From contig CM030332.1 in assembly GCA_017654855.1 (NCBI GenBank), positions 5,704,001-5,768,000 on the forward strand: DNA of 64,000 nucleotides. Reading direction: 5' to 3'. Positions 23,743 through 36,231 of the stretch are shown here, in pieces. The position numbers and the translations under genes were made by a program. The notes under the pieces are model-generated. The model made no database searches, was not told where the DNA came from, and was given only the letters and a program-made list of their open reading frames with translations. How positions within the stretch are numbered: the first letter of the stretch is position 1; the number at the start of each line of letters is the position of its first letter. Origin of the DNA: Podospora anserina. Taxonomy: Eukaryota.

Positions 23743-24962
23743 CTACTCATCAAAAAGAGCATAATTCGGCCCATTATTCGGTCCACTTCCCACAGTAGCA
23801 TGCGCCAACACCTTGCCCAATTTTCCAGTCCGCACATCTCTTTCATAAACCACAACCCTGTTATCATCCTGCAGCGCGCTCACCAGCTTTGTCCCCGCCT
23901 TGTTGAGCGAGAAGCCGCGGGGATTGCGCCCACCAGCGGGAGCGGTCTGCACATGCGTCAAAGCGCCGGTTTGCTGATTGACAGCAAACACTTGCAGCGG
24001 GTCCGACTTGATCGTCCCCTCTCCGTCAAAGGCCGGAATGTCCAGGCTGTTTTCCCCGCGGGAGGAGACAATGACAAATCTCTGATCAGGGCTCACCTCA
24101 ATCTCCGCCGCCTTGGTGCCAGCAGGGACCGTCGTGCCCGGGCCGCCAGAAGGAACGTCAAAGAGGCGGGTGAATTCAGGGGCGGCGTCGCGCTTGTAGG
24201 TAACCGAATACCCGCTGATGGTGTTGGAGAGCTCGTTAAACGAGTAGAGGAAGGTCTTGCGGCCGGCCTTGGCAAAGGCGACGTGCCTGGGACCGGAGCC
24301 GGCAATGGTTGGGATGGAGGTCACGGCAGTGGCGGCGGCAGCGCCATCGTCGACTTGGAAGACGCGGATGAGATCGGCGCCGAGGTCGGGGACCAAAATA
24401 AACTTCTTGGATGGGTCCAGGATGGCATCGTGGAGATGGGGGGCATCCTGACGCTCGGGGACGGTGCCAGGGGCAGTCAGCTGGTAGGTTTGCTGGCCGA
24501 GGAGGGAGAGGTTGGTTGGGTCAGCAACGGAGAAGGTGGTGAAGGCGGAGGTATCACTGTGTTCCTGTATTAGCACCGCGAGAACATACCCCGCCATGAA
24601 AGGTAGACGTACTAGTGAGCCACGGCAAGCTTGCTGTTATTGGCAAAGAGAGTCGAGGCAACAGGACTCTTGAGGACAGAGAGAACGTCCAGGGTCTCGA
24701 GAGTCCCGCTGGCGCTGGTCCTGTAGGAGGTTATGGAAGAAGATCCACCCCAGCCCTCGTTCAGGCAGTACAACACCGACTTTGACTTGTCAAGAGTCAA
24801 CCAGGTAGGCTCAGACCCGCAGTCCAGATTCTGAGAAACCCGAGTCAGGGACGACCCATCTAGCTTCAGCGAGGTAACAGTATGGTCATTGTACGACGTA
24901 GCGTAGATGATTTCGGCCGACGCCGGAAGGGCAAGCAGGAAAGCGATGAGCTTCTTGGACAT
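23743..24962 (-). CDS. Secreted 7-bladed beta-propeller lactonase (6-phosphogluconolactonase / carboxymuconate cyclase family)
   Basis: Signal peptide; RQDAPHLHDAILDP, PDLGADLIRVF, GSGPRHVAF, NELSNT, SPDQRF...SSRG, PRGFSLN. Intron near 24566-24613. Confidence 0.9.
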
Positions 24963-26114
24963 CTTTTCGGTCGTGACGGTGCGCTGGACTGTCTACCGGA
25001 GAGAAATCTGGGGCAGACCTCCACGGGTGAGATCCATCAGCGGGGCTGGTACCCTTTAATATCAGATTCAGGGGCGCATTTTCGCAATTTCCGCCAAGTA
25101 TCCCGGTGCTCGGGACGATATAGACTTTTGATCATTGCAAATGCACGGAAGCATGGCTACATAGTGGCCCAGCCTAATAAGGCCGGATCATCCCTTCGAA
25201 TCCCATCTCACGGCGGTATTAGGCAACGGCAAATCGGGTCTGAGCGTGTTGCGTGCCTGACATGATAATCAAGTTTATAGTGATAATATTTGCCGGGATG
25301 GAATAAGCCGACTAGGATGGAATGAGCATCAGCTTCCTTATTGAAGCGCGGGGGGTGGCATGCCGCCGCGGATATACTGACCCCTTGCAGGACTCCGGGT
25401 GGGCCATCCCATGTTCCCCACAGCCTCGGTCACTGCCGTCACTTGTAAGCGCTGTCAGCCAACTCCTTCGGCTTTGTCAGAATGGACATGGAAGTGGAGA
25501 GCTTCCAATGCGCACCACTAGAAACCTGACAGGAGGCTACCACGATTGCAACGTCTGTGGAGCGGGCTTCGAATCCGGGCCGATGTTGAGAAGCACGGGA
25601 GCTGCTCGAGTGAGTGTCAAAGGACAGTGCGACGGAAGAATTAACGATTGGTCAATGGGATCGTGATTATATAAAACCCGGGAGAGTATCCGGGGTAGGT
25701 CGTAACGGATCGTCGTCAGCATGGCTGGTGATTGGGTCCGTTCGAGGTTCCTCCACCAAAAGGATCTGACATGCAACCAATTTATCGGCGGGGAGCGGGA
25801 TATCCGGGAACTGTCGAGTATCGGTCGCATTGTGGGTTCGAGCCTTTTGGAGAAGAATGCGGTGTATATGGTATGGAGATGTCGAGTTTGGATATAGGGC
25901 GAAGGGTGAAAGAGTTGAGGAAACCGGGAAGTTTTGCAATGGTAAAAAACTGTGAGGTCTGTCTCCATTGGAAATCCCAACCAATAACTTACCGGGGCGT
26001 TACACATGGGTAGATACGATGGGTAGAAGTTACTATCACAGAAAGCACAGAACCGAGAGTGAAAGTCATGTGATTGTGGCACGTCGTTAATTCTTCTCAA
26101 GATATTACAACTCC

Positions 26115-27437
26115 CTACACAGCAACAGCATTCCAATTCTGGATCTCAAACTCGCACGTCGCCCCCAACGGCTTTCCCCCCTCAGCTGTAGCCACAACCT
26201 GCCCATCCCGAGACACAGTAACAACAACATCACCACTATTCCCCCCAAACGGCACACTCCCCCTATAAATACCTGCAGTCCCCGCACCGCTCGCAGGAAA
26301 AGCCGTAAAAGTCCCCGTCTGCTCATTCTCCCCAATCTTGACCGTAACCGTAACCCCCTCATCTGAGGTCAGAAGCGCACCATAAAACACAGCATCCTCA
26401 TTAAAATCCTGCGGCGGCTGCTCCACCTCATTGAAATCCGCATTGTTACCAGTGGTACCGCCATCAGGGCAAGCAAGAGCAGGCGCGGTGCGGTAATAAG
26501 CCGCGACCCTCTCCTCAAACTCCGTCGGCGCAGCTCCTGTCTTGTATTGCTCAATGTAAAAAGGCAAGAACTTGCGCCAGCCATCATGGCTCATATTCTC
26601 GACATAGGGGATTGGCGCAGACGTATCGAACAAACCAAGTTCCTTCTCGCGAATAGGGCCAATGTAGTGAGATTCGCCGTAGTCATTCCAGGTGAGAATC
26701 TCGACGAAATCAGGGTTGACTTCCATTACCTGAGCCCAACGGGTATCCCAGAGCTCATCGCCACGCCAGAGCCAGTTCTTGGTGAAGTCGGGGTTGTTGA
26801 GATTGGTGTAAAACCACGGGGAGACAGCCATCATGTATGCTCGGTCTCCAAGAGCGTCTTGGTACTCGAGATCGGATTTGATGGTGATGTTGGTGTCACC
26901 ATTCGGCCAAGCATCAAAGCTGAACAGCCCGTCAGCAACACCATCCGCCAGTCCAGCAGCAACAACCGGGCCCTGAGATGACCAATCGGGGACGAAGAAC
27001 GAGTTAGTCGTTGCCTTGATGTCAGCCCAGTCGCCCGCATTGTCCGGACCTTCAAACGTGGAAACAAACAGCTTGTCGTCGTCGGTTTTGAAGTAAGCCG
27101 GGCTGGCACCGAACCTGGTGATGTGGTCAATAACATCCTCCTTCGGCCATGCTCCCAGGGCTTTGTAGTCAAAGCTGAAAAAGAGTTTGAAGTTCAGGCT
27201 TTCGGCAACCTGAAAGATGGTTTGCAAGGACGCCTCGTTGCCTTCATCGCCTTGGGCAATATTGAGGACAAAGGCATCAATCTTGGCCTCCTGCGCCAGC
27301 TTGATGTTGTCTTCCCAGTCGGCATTGTCGAGGGAGCGCACATTGCCTACAATAACGTGGGCAAACACTTCTTTGGCGGCTTGCACTGAGGGCAAGACCA
27401 CGGACACCGAGATGGCAAGAGCGAAAAGAAATTTCAT
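26115..27437 (-). CDS. Glycoside hydrolase family 71 alpha-1,3-glucanase (mutanase)
   Basis: Signal peptide; VFAHVIVGN, IDAFVLNIA, KLFFSFDY, VSTFEG, YMMAVSPWFYT, KNWLWRGD, TWNDYGESHYIGP. Confidence 0.93.
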   Translation of the reverse strand: MKFLFALAISVSVVLPSVQAAKEVFAHVIVGNVRSLDNADWEDNIKLAQEAKIDAFVLNIAQGDEGNEASLQTIFQVAESLNFKLFFSFDYKALGAWPKEDVIDHITRFGASPAYFKTDDDKLFVSTFEGPDNAGDWADIKATTNSFFVPDWSSQGPVVAAGLADGVADGLFSFDAWPNGDTNITIKSDLEYQDALGDRAYMMAVSPWFYTNLNNPDFTKNWLWRGDELWDTRWAQVMEVNPDFVEILTWNDYGESHYIGPIREKELGLFDTSAPIPYVENMSHDGWRKFLPFYIEQYKTGAAPTEFEERVAAYYRTAPALACPDGGTTGNNADFNEVEQPPQDFNEDAVFYGALLTSDEGVTVTVKIGENEQTGTFTAFPASGAGTAGIYRGSVPFGGNSGDVVVTVSRDGQVVATAEGGKPLGATCEFEIQNWNAVAV

Positions 27438-28869
27438 TATTAAAAGGAATGTTAATTGTCAAAGGAGTGGTGAGAACAGAAAAATGAGTGACTGAATAAC
27501 CTGTCGTCAAGACTAGGCCCCTGCTACCAGAACAGGGTGTGGAAAAGGAATGTGGTTGAAGTGGTAAGCGGTGTGGTGTGTGAAAGAAACATGACACCGA
27601 TGGAAAGGAGAAGGAAAGTGATCTTTTAAGTTGACACTCAATCGTCGTCCGGGTCCCGGAGTCCGGAATAGGAGGCTCGTAGCCAGTCCTTCCACTCTAC
27701 AAACACACATTCATAGTGGTGTTGATGGCCTTGGGGATCGTAGGAACAGAAACACATGAGGCGCGGGTCCGGCGGTCTCAGGGACGATTGCAGGGCCGCA
27801 TTTTACACGGGCACATATTCTTCAGATCAGACGACGCGTTTCCCTTTCGTCGGGTTCCTGAAGGATGGCTCAACTCTGGGGCATGACCGTAAGTTCGGCC
27901 CACTCCTCGTTGGGAGTTCAGCTTTTAGGTTCACCGTATTATCCTCGCAACATGGGAAAGAAAATAGATCGTGAGCGCAGGGTTAAATGCAGTTGATCAA
28001 GGCTGAAAGTCCACATTTTGATTGGATCGCTTTGCGATGTCAAACCTGCCAAAACACAGACAAGCTTTTCTCCCAAGAGATGCTAGCGATGTGCAGCGAG
28101 CTAAAGCAAGCCACAAGAGCTTCGGCCAGCGCCCAGACTCTTGGTCTTAAACGCTTCCGAATTTAGAGTTGAGCTTTGTTGGTGCAGCGAATAATTATCT
28201 AATGGAAGGAGCAAAGCCACAACCAAAAGAAATGAGGGGTTGGTTATCAGAGAACTTTTGACGGCCGTTGGCGGCGGCTTGTTGGAACCCCAGAGACATA
28301 TGCTTGCGAGGTCGAAGCTTGCGAGATCGAAACTCGCGACCCGATCTGACGGATGCTGAGAACTTTTGTCTGAATGATGAGCAAAATAAAAGTGGTGTTT
28401 GAAGACATCGTCAGCTGTGATCTTTATCAGCTGCATCAAAACCGGCTGCGAGGCGTACGACTTTCCATATTGGTGGTTTTTGCCTCCTTGGGGTGTATGG
28501 TGTCAGACACAGAGCAATGCGGTGTCTGTTGAGCGTAATGCGACACCAAATCAGATGCCAAGTGATGTTGGCTTGGGGTATGGTTCGATCCTTGGGACTG
28601 ATTATCGTACGTGAGCGCAAAGTGTGGCCGAGTGTTGCGGTTGGCCATTACAGCCCGACCTTGGGTTGTGAGATGTGCGAGTGCGGATCAGGTGGCGCAA
28701 ACTTGAGATGATGGATGTCATGGATGTGAGATCGGATATATTGAGGGCTGGAACCCAGACAGTTGATTTGAAGCATAAAATGAGCAGTGGATATTATCTT
28801 ATTTTATATTATTATTATTATTACAAAATATAAGAAGTTCGAAAAAGTGTAAAGTAAGGTATTTATATA

Positions 28870-29233
28870 TAATGATTCGGGGTGTGGCTACAGGCCTGGG
28901 GGTATGAGTGAGGAAGTGGGGCTCTCGGAGGATTCGGGGGGTTCAGGGGTCATGTATAAAAGCTGTCTGCTTCTGACATTCTATTTTAGACAGGACATCG
29001 ACTTCTATTTTCTTCGTATTTTATGCCTTGCACGTGTGCAGGCAATTCTGGCCCTCTGATCAGGCCAATCCGGTACTTATTATATGGCTTGCGAGCTCAT
29101 AGCGTCTTTTCTTTGTCCTACGTGAAGTGTGGCCTGCGAGCGAGTCACTGTCACGAAGGTGTTTCATTCAGAGCCCAGTTGAGGGTATAGTTGTGGTGTT
29201 GTGGTTGTTTTGTGTGTTTTTCTCACCATTTCA
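28870..29233. mobile_element. Solo-LTR-like dispersed repeat, copy 1
   Basis: About 365 bp that align end to end with 58519-58883. Starts TAATG (possibly TG mutated by RIP) and ends CCATTTCA; internal TATA-like box; AT-rich flanks; non-coding. Confidence 0.75.
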
Positions 29234-29471
29234 CTATTATAGAAGAAAAGAAGCTCGAAAGAGCGTATAGTGAGGTATTTATATATGAGGAGTAGGTAAT
29301 CTGCCAAGAGCCCAGAAATCGGCATGAGGTGTTCTGATACTTGTACCAGTAATTCCGCCATTTTCCTCTAACTGCATCGTAGCCAGGGATTGAGTACACC
29401 TTACATCTCGGCATCTTTCTCATTCATTTCCAAAGCCAATCAATTTCACCAGCTGCAGATCCATCTTCAGG

Positions 29472-31621
29472 ATGCATCGCGAAGGCAAACGCGAAGGTCG
29501 AACGAAGAGTGCAAACCAGTATCTCGCCGGCAATTTTGCACCTATCCAAAAAAAAACACTTCCACTCACACCATGTTTCTACGAAGGAGAGATCCCAGCT
29601 GACCTGGCAGGTGGGCAGTACGTCCGGAACGGTAGCAACCCGCTTATCACCAAGGACGAGAATACACGGGTTCATTGGTTCGATGGTGTTGGAATGCTCA
29701 GCGGGGTCCTGTTTCCTGAGAAGGGGTCGGAAATCCAGCCAGAGTTTGTCAACCAGTACTTGGTGACCGACATTTTCTCCTATGCGAAAGGCTCGGCTCT
29801 CTCAAAACCGTTCCTGTTCAGCATCTCGATCCTTATCGATCCTTTGGCTTCCGTGCTGAGTATTGCGTTGCACATATTGAGGACTGTCATCTTGACAATC
29901 TTGTCCCAACTTCCCGGATCACCAACTCCAGTCAAAAAGACGAGCGCTGCCAACACAGTAGTCCTTTATCATGACGGGTGTGCTCTGGCCACCTGTGAAA
30001 GTGGGCCGCCCTTACGCTTTGCGCTACCGAGCTTGCAAACCATCGGCTGGTTCGATGGAAGGAGGGCAGAAGGAGAGCCCGAAAAGTCTGAGCGGGAGGG
30101 TTTCGGAGGAAACGAGATGATGACTTTCGTCAAGCAATGCACAACGGCTCATCCTCGAACACATTCTGTGACGGGAGAGCTGATTGCTTTTCATGCCTCT
30201 TTGGTAAGGCCATTTGTTCATTACTTCATCATTACAAAAGCCAAGTCAGGTCGTCAGCCTCTTCTCACGGCCCCTGTTCCGGGAATGACGTCTCCAAAGA
30301 TGATGCACGACTTTGGTGTATCCAGGGGCTATACCGTCATCATTGATATGCCCCTCTGCTTTAACCCCTTGAACCTCCTGAAAGGCTCACCGGTGCTGTC
30401 GTTTGAAAGCTCTCGGAAGTCGAAGTTTGGAGTATTTCCGCTATATCAACCTGAAGCAGTCCAATGGTACGAAAACAACCCCTGCTGTGTCTTTCACACT
30501 GCCAATTGCTGGAAAGTGAAACCTCTGACACAACCCGGAATGATCAGGGAACGACCAGCAATCTCCTCGCCTGCCGTCTGACGTCTGCATCGCTCGTCTT
30601 CCACACGGCAAATATCCCAGCGCCAGAAGGCAAGCCCGTCCCGCCGAAATATGCTGAGGAACAACAATGTCGACTGTGTTACTACAGCTTCCCGTTTTCA
30701 CCAGTCAGCCATGCGCAACCACCCGGAACAAAAAACCAATGGGCGTTGTCGGCCATCGAACTCGAGTTCCCGAACGTGTCGCCACTATCTGTAATGTCGG
30801 AGGCACAGTATGTGTATGGTTGTTCGGCGAGGTCAGTGTGTTACTCGGTCGAGCTGGGGAAAGCAGCCAGGATCGAAAATCTCGCAAAAATCAACGCCAT
30901 AGATCTGATACAAAGAGGCCTTGAGACGCAGCCGCAACCGATCAAGGGGTGTGTCGACAAACGGTCTATTCAAGAGATCCTTAAGTCCAGCGATCCCGAC
31001 CCAATCCAGCTTTTTGCAATGCTGAAGGGGTGGTATGCTCAAGAACCCCGATTCGTTCCGCGCTCGAATCCCATATCAGAAGATGACGGGTTTGTACTCA
31101 GCTTCGTGTTTGATGAAAGCCAGCTGGACGAGCGAGGGTCGTGCCGAGACGACGCAATCGGTGAGTTGTGGGTGACAGACGCGAAGGATATGAGAACGCT
31201 TTTGGCGCGTATCAAGCTTCCGCAGAGGGTGCCGTATGGGTTTCATGGGTGTTGGTTCAGCAAGGACGAAGTGATGGCACGGCGGCCATACACAACCCGA
31301 AAATTGACTGAGGAGGGTGCGGGCAGTTGGGTTTGCGTTGCCATGTCTAAATTGGATCGTATTCGTAACTGTACGTCACCAACCAACTGGTCTCGGCGAG
31401 AATATAGCGTGAAAATTGCTTCCATAATCAACAATATGTCATTTGTCATGACTCCATTCTCCAGAACCAACACTGGATTGAACAATGAACTAGTAGCTGT
31501 GTCACGGAGCCACGAATCCAACCCCAGAGCTCGGATCCAAACAATGCGAGATACAGGCAACGATCCCGCTCCAGGCACCCAATCCCACATCGGTAATACC
31601 CAAGGTCTCGTCAAAATATAA
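29472..31621 (+). pseudogene. Carotenoid cleavage oxygenase (RPE65/CarX-like) with a single frameshift
   Basis: YLAGNFAP, YVRNGSNP, HWFDG; four Fe-ligand His motifs (TTAHP, MMHDFG, VFHTAN, VPYGFHG); QEPRFVPR, EDDG. The frame switches at TGCTGGAAAGT (~30507-30517). Confidence 0.85.
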
Positions 31622-31696
31622 AGCCGCCTCATTCCGAGACTCGTTTACGGTGAGTTGAGCCGCCTACGAGCCAATCTCATCTCAGCCTCTTCTGAC

Positions 31697-32918
31697 ATGT
31701 TGGCAGAAAACACGCACCCGTGGCTACTTGCCCTCACGGCGGTAATTCCAACCGTCTATGCTTCTCGACGCGGTTCAACAAGTGAATGTTCCCCCGTCTC
31801 CTTCGACATTGTAGCCACCGCCGAAAATGCCATCTTGTCTCCATCTTACGACCCCAGCAATGAAACGTCCATCATTAACTTCATCAACGCAATGGCCAGG
31901 GGCGAGGTGAACCCCGTTGTCGGGTCTCAGAACATCAGCGGCTCCTTCGTCATCAACGGCATCTACTGCAAGCCCACCAAAAAGGTCAAGAAAAAACGCA
32001 ACGCCCTTCAAATATTGGTTCACGGCATCACCTATAACAGCAGCATGTGGGGTGGGTATCACTTTGGTGACCGCTACAACTGGCACGCCTACGCTAATGG
32101 AGAGGGGTATCACACCCTCGCCATTGACAGACTTGGCCACGGCCTCAACTCAAAGGCATTGGACCCGCACAATGTGATTCAACCTATGCTCCAGGTGGAG
32201 ATTTACAAGGAGCTGATCCAGTCTATCCGTTTCAACACCGCTGCCAACTCCCTTCGGAAGAGGTTTTCCAACATCATCTGGGTAGGTAGCTTCATTCTTT
32301 GTCACATCGATGGATCTTTTTGAGCTGACAGATAAAAAGGTCGGCCACTCCTACGGCTCCCAAATCGCCCTCCCACTCGCACGCCTCTGCCCAAATCTCA
32401 CCTCAGCCCTGATCTTGACAGGCTGGTCCTCCACCACCAACCTCAGCGAGGTGCAAAAGTTCAATCTCGCCTCTGCTTCTACTCTTTATCCCTCTCGGTT
32501 TCCTGGCCTGGATAAAGGCTACCTAGCCATGGCTGACGAGGCCCTACGTGCAAAAATGTTTTACTATGGTGCTTACGACCCAGCAATCCCCGCGTTTGAC
32601 TTTGCAAACCAGGATATTGTCACGATTGGTGAGTTTGCCGCTAATGCAGGACCGTTTGGGATACCGCCTGCCGCGTACAACAAGCCGGTTATGGTTATTA
32701 CTGGTGTGGAAGATGGTGTGTTTTGCGCCCAACCTGGAGTCGCAGCAAGGGAGTGTGAGGAGTTGTTGGAGAAGACGAGGACAGACATGTTTCCGGGTGT
32801 GCCGGGGAGGAAGTATGAGTATTTTGCGCCGAGGAATACGGGGCATGATTTGACGCTTCATTATTCGGCCAGGGAGACTTTTAGGAGGGCTCATGGGTTT
32901 TTGGATAAGTACTTTTAG
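31697..32918 (+). CDS. Secreted alpha/beta-hydrolase
   Basis: Signal peptide; LVHGITY, AIDRLGHG, nucleophile GHSYGS, acid GVEDGVFC, His TGHDLTLH. Intron near 32282-32339. Confidence 0.88.
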
Positions 32919-33026
32919 GAGGAGTTCTACATGGCGGGTTGCGACGGCGTGGGAATCGAGGTTTGTGGTTGGTAGATCCCTGGACAGCTGTTACACGTAG
33001 CTACACCGGAAACAAGTCAATCCCCC

Positions 33027-34634
33027 TCACATGATAAATGCATAAGCCCCATCCCAACAATCATCCCACTTCCTTTCCCCTCCCCCGACCCAGAACCGCT
33101 CCAGCAATCTCTTCGCCACCAAAGGCGGTGATATCCCCTGGTCACGAGCCATATCAACCAAACACCGCCCAATATACTTCTGCACGTCCGCCCCAGCCCT
33201 CGCCGCCTCCACGCCAGCTACGATCAACGGCCAAGTCATCCTCTTCCTTGCCTTCGGTGTACTCATTCCCGTCTCCAATATCGAGAACAAAGCCTGGGCG
33301 TACTTGGCTCGCAACACCTCCACTTCCCGGGTTGACTTCAAAGCCCCGGTGCTCACCAACGATAGTATGCAGTACAGCGCAACGCTGGCGTGAAACACGC
33401 GGCCAATGACAAGAAACTCCTCCCTGTTGGCAAATACTGACTTTTCCAGATTTGACGTCCAGTCCTCTGGGGAAAAGAGCTCTATCTGGCCGAGGATGCC
33501 GAGGGCGGCTTGCTTTGTTTTCGGGTGGAAAGGCTCTCGAGCGCGTAGCTCGTTGATGAGGATTAATTTGATAAAGAGGGGGGTTGGACAGGACATGGGG
33601 GGGAAGTAGACTTCGGTGTAGTAATCCTCCGTCAGGCGGAGGGTGGTGACTGTGTCGGCGACTTGAAACTGGTTGTCGGGGGGGCTGGTGGTGTTGGCTA
33701 GTACCGCGGTGCTGTTGGTGATGTTAGTAGGAGTTTGGGGAAAGGGGGACGGGATAAACCGACATCATCAGCCCTACCAGACTCGGCCTCATCTGATCAC
33801 ACCGGTCTATTATCTCCAGAAACCCGCCGTGAAACTCCAGCAAGGTCATGAACCCGTCCACGTGCGTCCGCCAAGATGGGGTCATGGATTGTTGGAGGAA
33901 CGCAAAGAGGAAGGCGTACACGCTTACGACGGCTTCAAGACCGCGGCGGGTTTCTTCAGCGTCGAGTAATTCGTGAATGGCGCGGATGGTGATGCCACGG
34001 TGGTGGTAAAATCTTGGCAAGATGGGCTTCACCAGGTCGATTTCGGGACAGCAGTCGGACATTTGCATGATTCGGTGGTTGATGGTGACTGAAACCAGCG
34101 TGTGGAGGATGGACAGCGGGATGTCTTCTACCGTCAACATCGGAAAAACAAACTGGCTCGGGCCGAGCTGGTGAGACTGGAGGTCGGGATAGATCCGGGT
34201 GTTGTCTAGATCACGGCAGTTAGCTCCCGGAGCCCACAACACTGGGGAATATCCCAGTCCAACCCACAATACAACATAGCCTCAATAATATCAAACATTT
34301 CCGGCCGGAGAGTAGGAGTGATAGGTGGAGTTGCCGGGTGGTTGGGGTGGCGCTTCTGGGACTCGGGGGGCGTGAGAGGAGCCTGTCCCTTTGGACTAGG
34401 ACACGACACTTGCGGCCGGAGAGATGGTAACCGCCCTTGACCCTTCCGCTTCTTCGGCCGGGACATGACCTGCCCGGGGGCTAGCCATTGCAGTGGCTTT
34501 TTGTCTGCATACCCGGGACAGACGATGCCAGCGGTCCGGCACTTGTTGCAGACGGGTTGTTGACCGTCACACACGACCCGTCTCCGTCTGCACTCCCAGC
34601 AGTGCTGGTGACGCAGGTTAGCAAGATTGGGCAT
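33027..34634 (-). CDS. Zn2Cys6 transcription factor with fungal-specific C-terminal domain, spliced
   Basis: CWECRRRRVVCDGQQPVCNKCRTAGIVCPGY; later exons WRTHVDG and WPLIVAGVEA...WDDCW. Confidence 0.88.
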
Positions 34635-35220
34635 CCTGTGGGTGTTACCGACGTGGCTGAACGGGTGGATGCATCGTGGAGAGAGGAAACACGAGGGGGA
34701 AGTCGCAGTTTGGGAGTTGACCTTACCCCAGAGCCAACCTCACCCCTGCTCAAGGGGAGTTGGCCTTGTGGGTTGGAGCCTGCGGGGACAGGCATGCCTC
34801 CCGCTGTCTTGGCTTCTTGGCCATCTATTCTCCTGAAAGGGGATGGTTCGAGATCTTTGTTCAGTGGGTCTTCACGGCCAACGATGGTCCAATGAGACGG
34901 CATGTCACGTAAGACGGCATGTCGTGTAAGACGGCTATCGAATTCGAGAAAGCGAGGCACTGCCTTTGGAGTCTGGACTGGTGAAATGGGTGAGAGACTG
35001 ATGAAAGGCGCGTCTCCGGTTCCATGGGTACCTAGATAGCCTTATAGGGCTGAAGAAATTGCGGATCACCTTTTCATCATGCCAGGGTTTCCTTGGATGC
35101 AAGGTTCAACACCCGAACTCTCAGCATATCAGCAACTCTCTCTCTTGCTAGGTAGCTTTCATCCATTGACGTTGACCGGTACTCTGTACAAATCCCATAT
35201 CTAACCTCCTTTCCCTCCCA

Positions 35221-35907
35221 TCAAGAAGGCTGAATATCTAAGGTACTCCCAGTCAGCCCCCCTTCACCCCAGACAAAGAAAGAGGCATAATTACCCCTAC
35301 AATAACTCACAGGCAGAAGAAAAAGGTCCCTTAGGCGGGTACTCGTCATACTCCTCCGGCGCACCCTGCGGCAGTCTATGCGAGTGGTGGCAGTGAACCT
35401 TGACCTTGGGCGTGCAAGTGCACCACTGCTCCCGGGGGATGTTGTCCATGACCGACGGGATGTGGTGGCCGCAGCCTGTCCAGGTTGTTTTATCTACTCA
35501 TATGTGTCAGTGATGAATAGGGAGGAGAAATTAGAGGCGAGAAAAGGGGGGTGAGTTGGGAGGGGGGGGTTGCGCAAAAGGGGGGAGGGTGAGAATGTGG
35601 TGATGTGTGAAAGGGGGCAATGGAGTTGGCAGAAAGGGCCGAGAAGTCTGGAGTAGCGCCCGAGTAGTAGGAAGGAGTGCCCAAGTAATGAGGAAGGAGC
35701 GATAATACATCCAAGCCCTGCCTTGAGGAGTAATGGAAGTTGTTGATGTGCAAAGCAAGCACGCAATGGAAAAGCGACGGGAGTTGGAAAGGTCACTTTC
35801 CCAAAGAAGAGTAAAGAGAGTGCTAACCGGGCCATGAACGGCAATGATATTCCAAGGTGGCAGGAAGTTGACATACGGCAGTTTTCGCACTCTGATTTGT
35901 GACACAT
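35221..35907 (-). CDS. Small (76 aa) Cys/His-rich protein, 3 exons, absent from the ORF track
   Basis: Manual splice gives MCHKSECENC|HKTTWTGCGHHIPSVMDNIPREQWCTCTPKVKVHCHHSHRLPQGAPEEYDEYPPKGPFSSA|YIQPS. Intron 35494-35876 (GTATGT...CTGAC...TAG) and a second GTGAGT...GCTGAC...TAG intron. Confidence 0.75.
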
Positions 35908-36231
35908 CTTGGCGGTTGTTTGCGATGGCTTCCGAGTATAATTGAGAAAGTGACGTGGAGCAAGCGAGTCTTTGGGACGAAGAAGGTGTTCAAAATTACT
36001 CTGCGATAAAATGGTCCCTAGAGTGAGACGAGAATATTCTCATTGTTCATAATGATGACGTCGTTGTTGACAATGACCAGTCGGTGATGCAATGGCCATG
36101 AGGTTACCATAGAAACCTCAAATAAAGGGGCGGCAACAAATCCCTCGGGGGAAAAAAACAGGTAACTAAATATATACATTAAAGAGCAAACTGGCCCCGA
36201 ACCACAAATTATACATTTAATCCTCATCACC

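Noticed and set aside
25537-26136. 199-aa minus-strand ORF downstream of GH71
   Set aside because: No motif and no convincing start; it overlaps the GH71 3' end.
27756-28750. Several short ORFs and a 15-bp near-tandem repeat (~28305-28340)
   Set aside because: Could be a gene relic, but no family could be assigned.
29472-34634. Oxygenase + hydrolase + Zn2Cys6 factor as a secondary-metabolite cluster
   Set aside because: No backbone enzyme (PKS, NRPS, terpene synthase) in the window and no shared motif seen.
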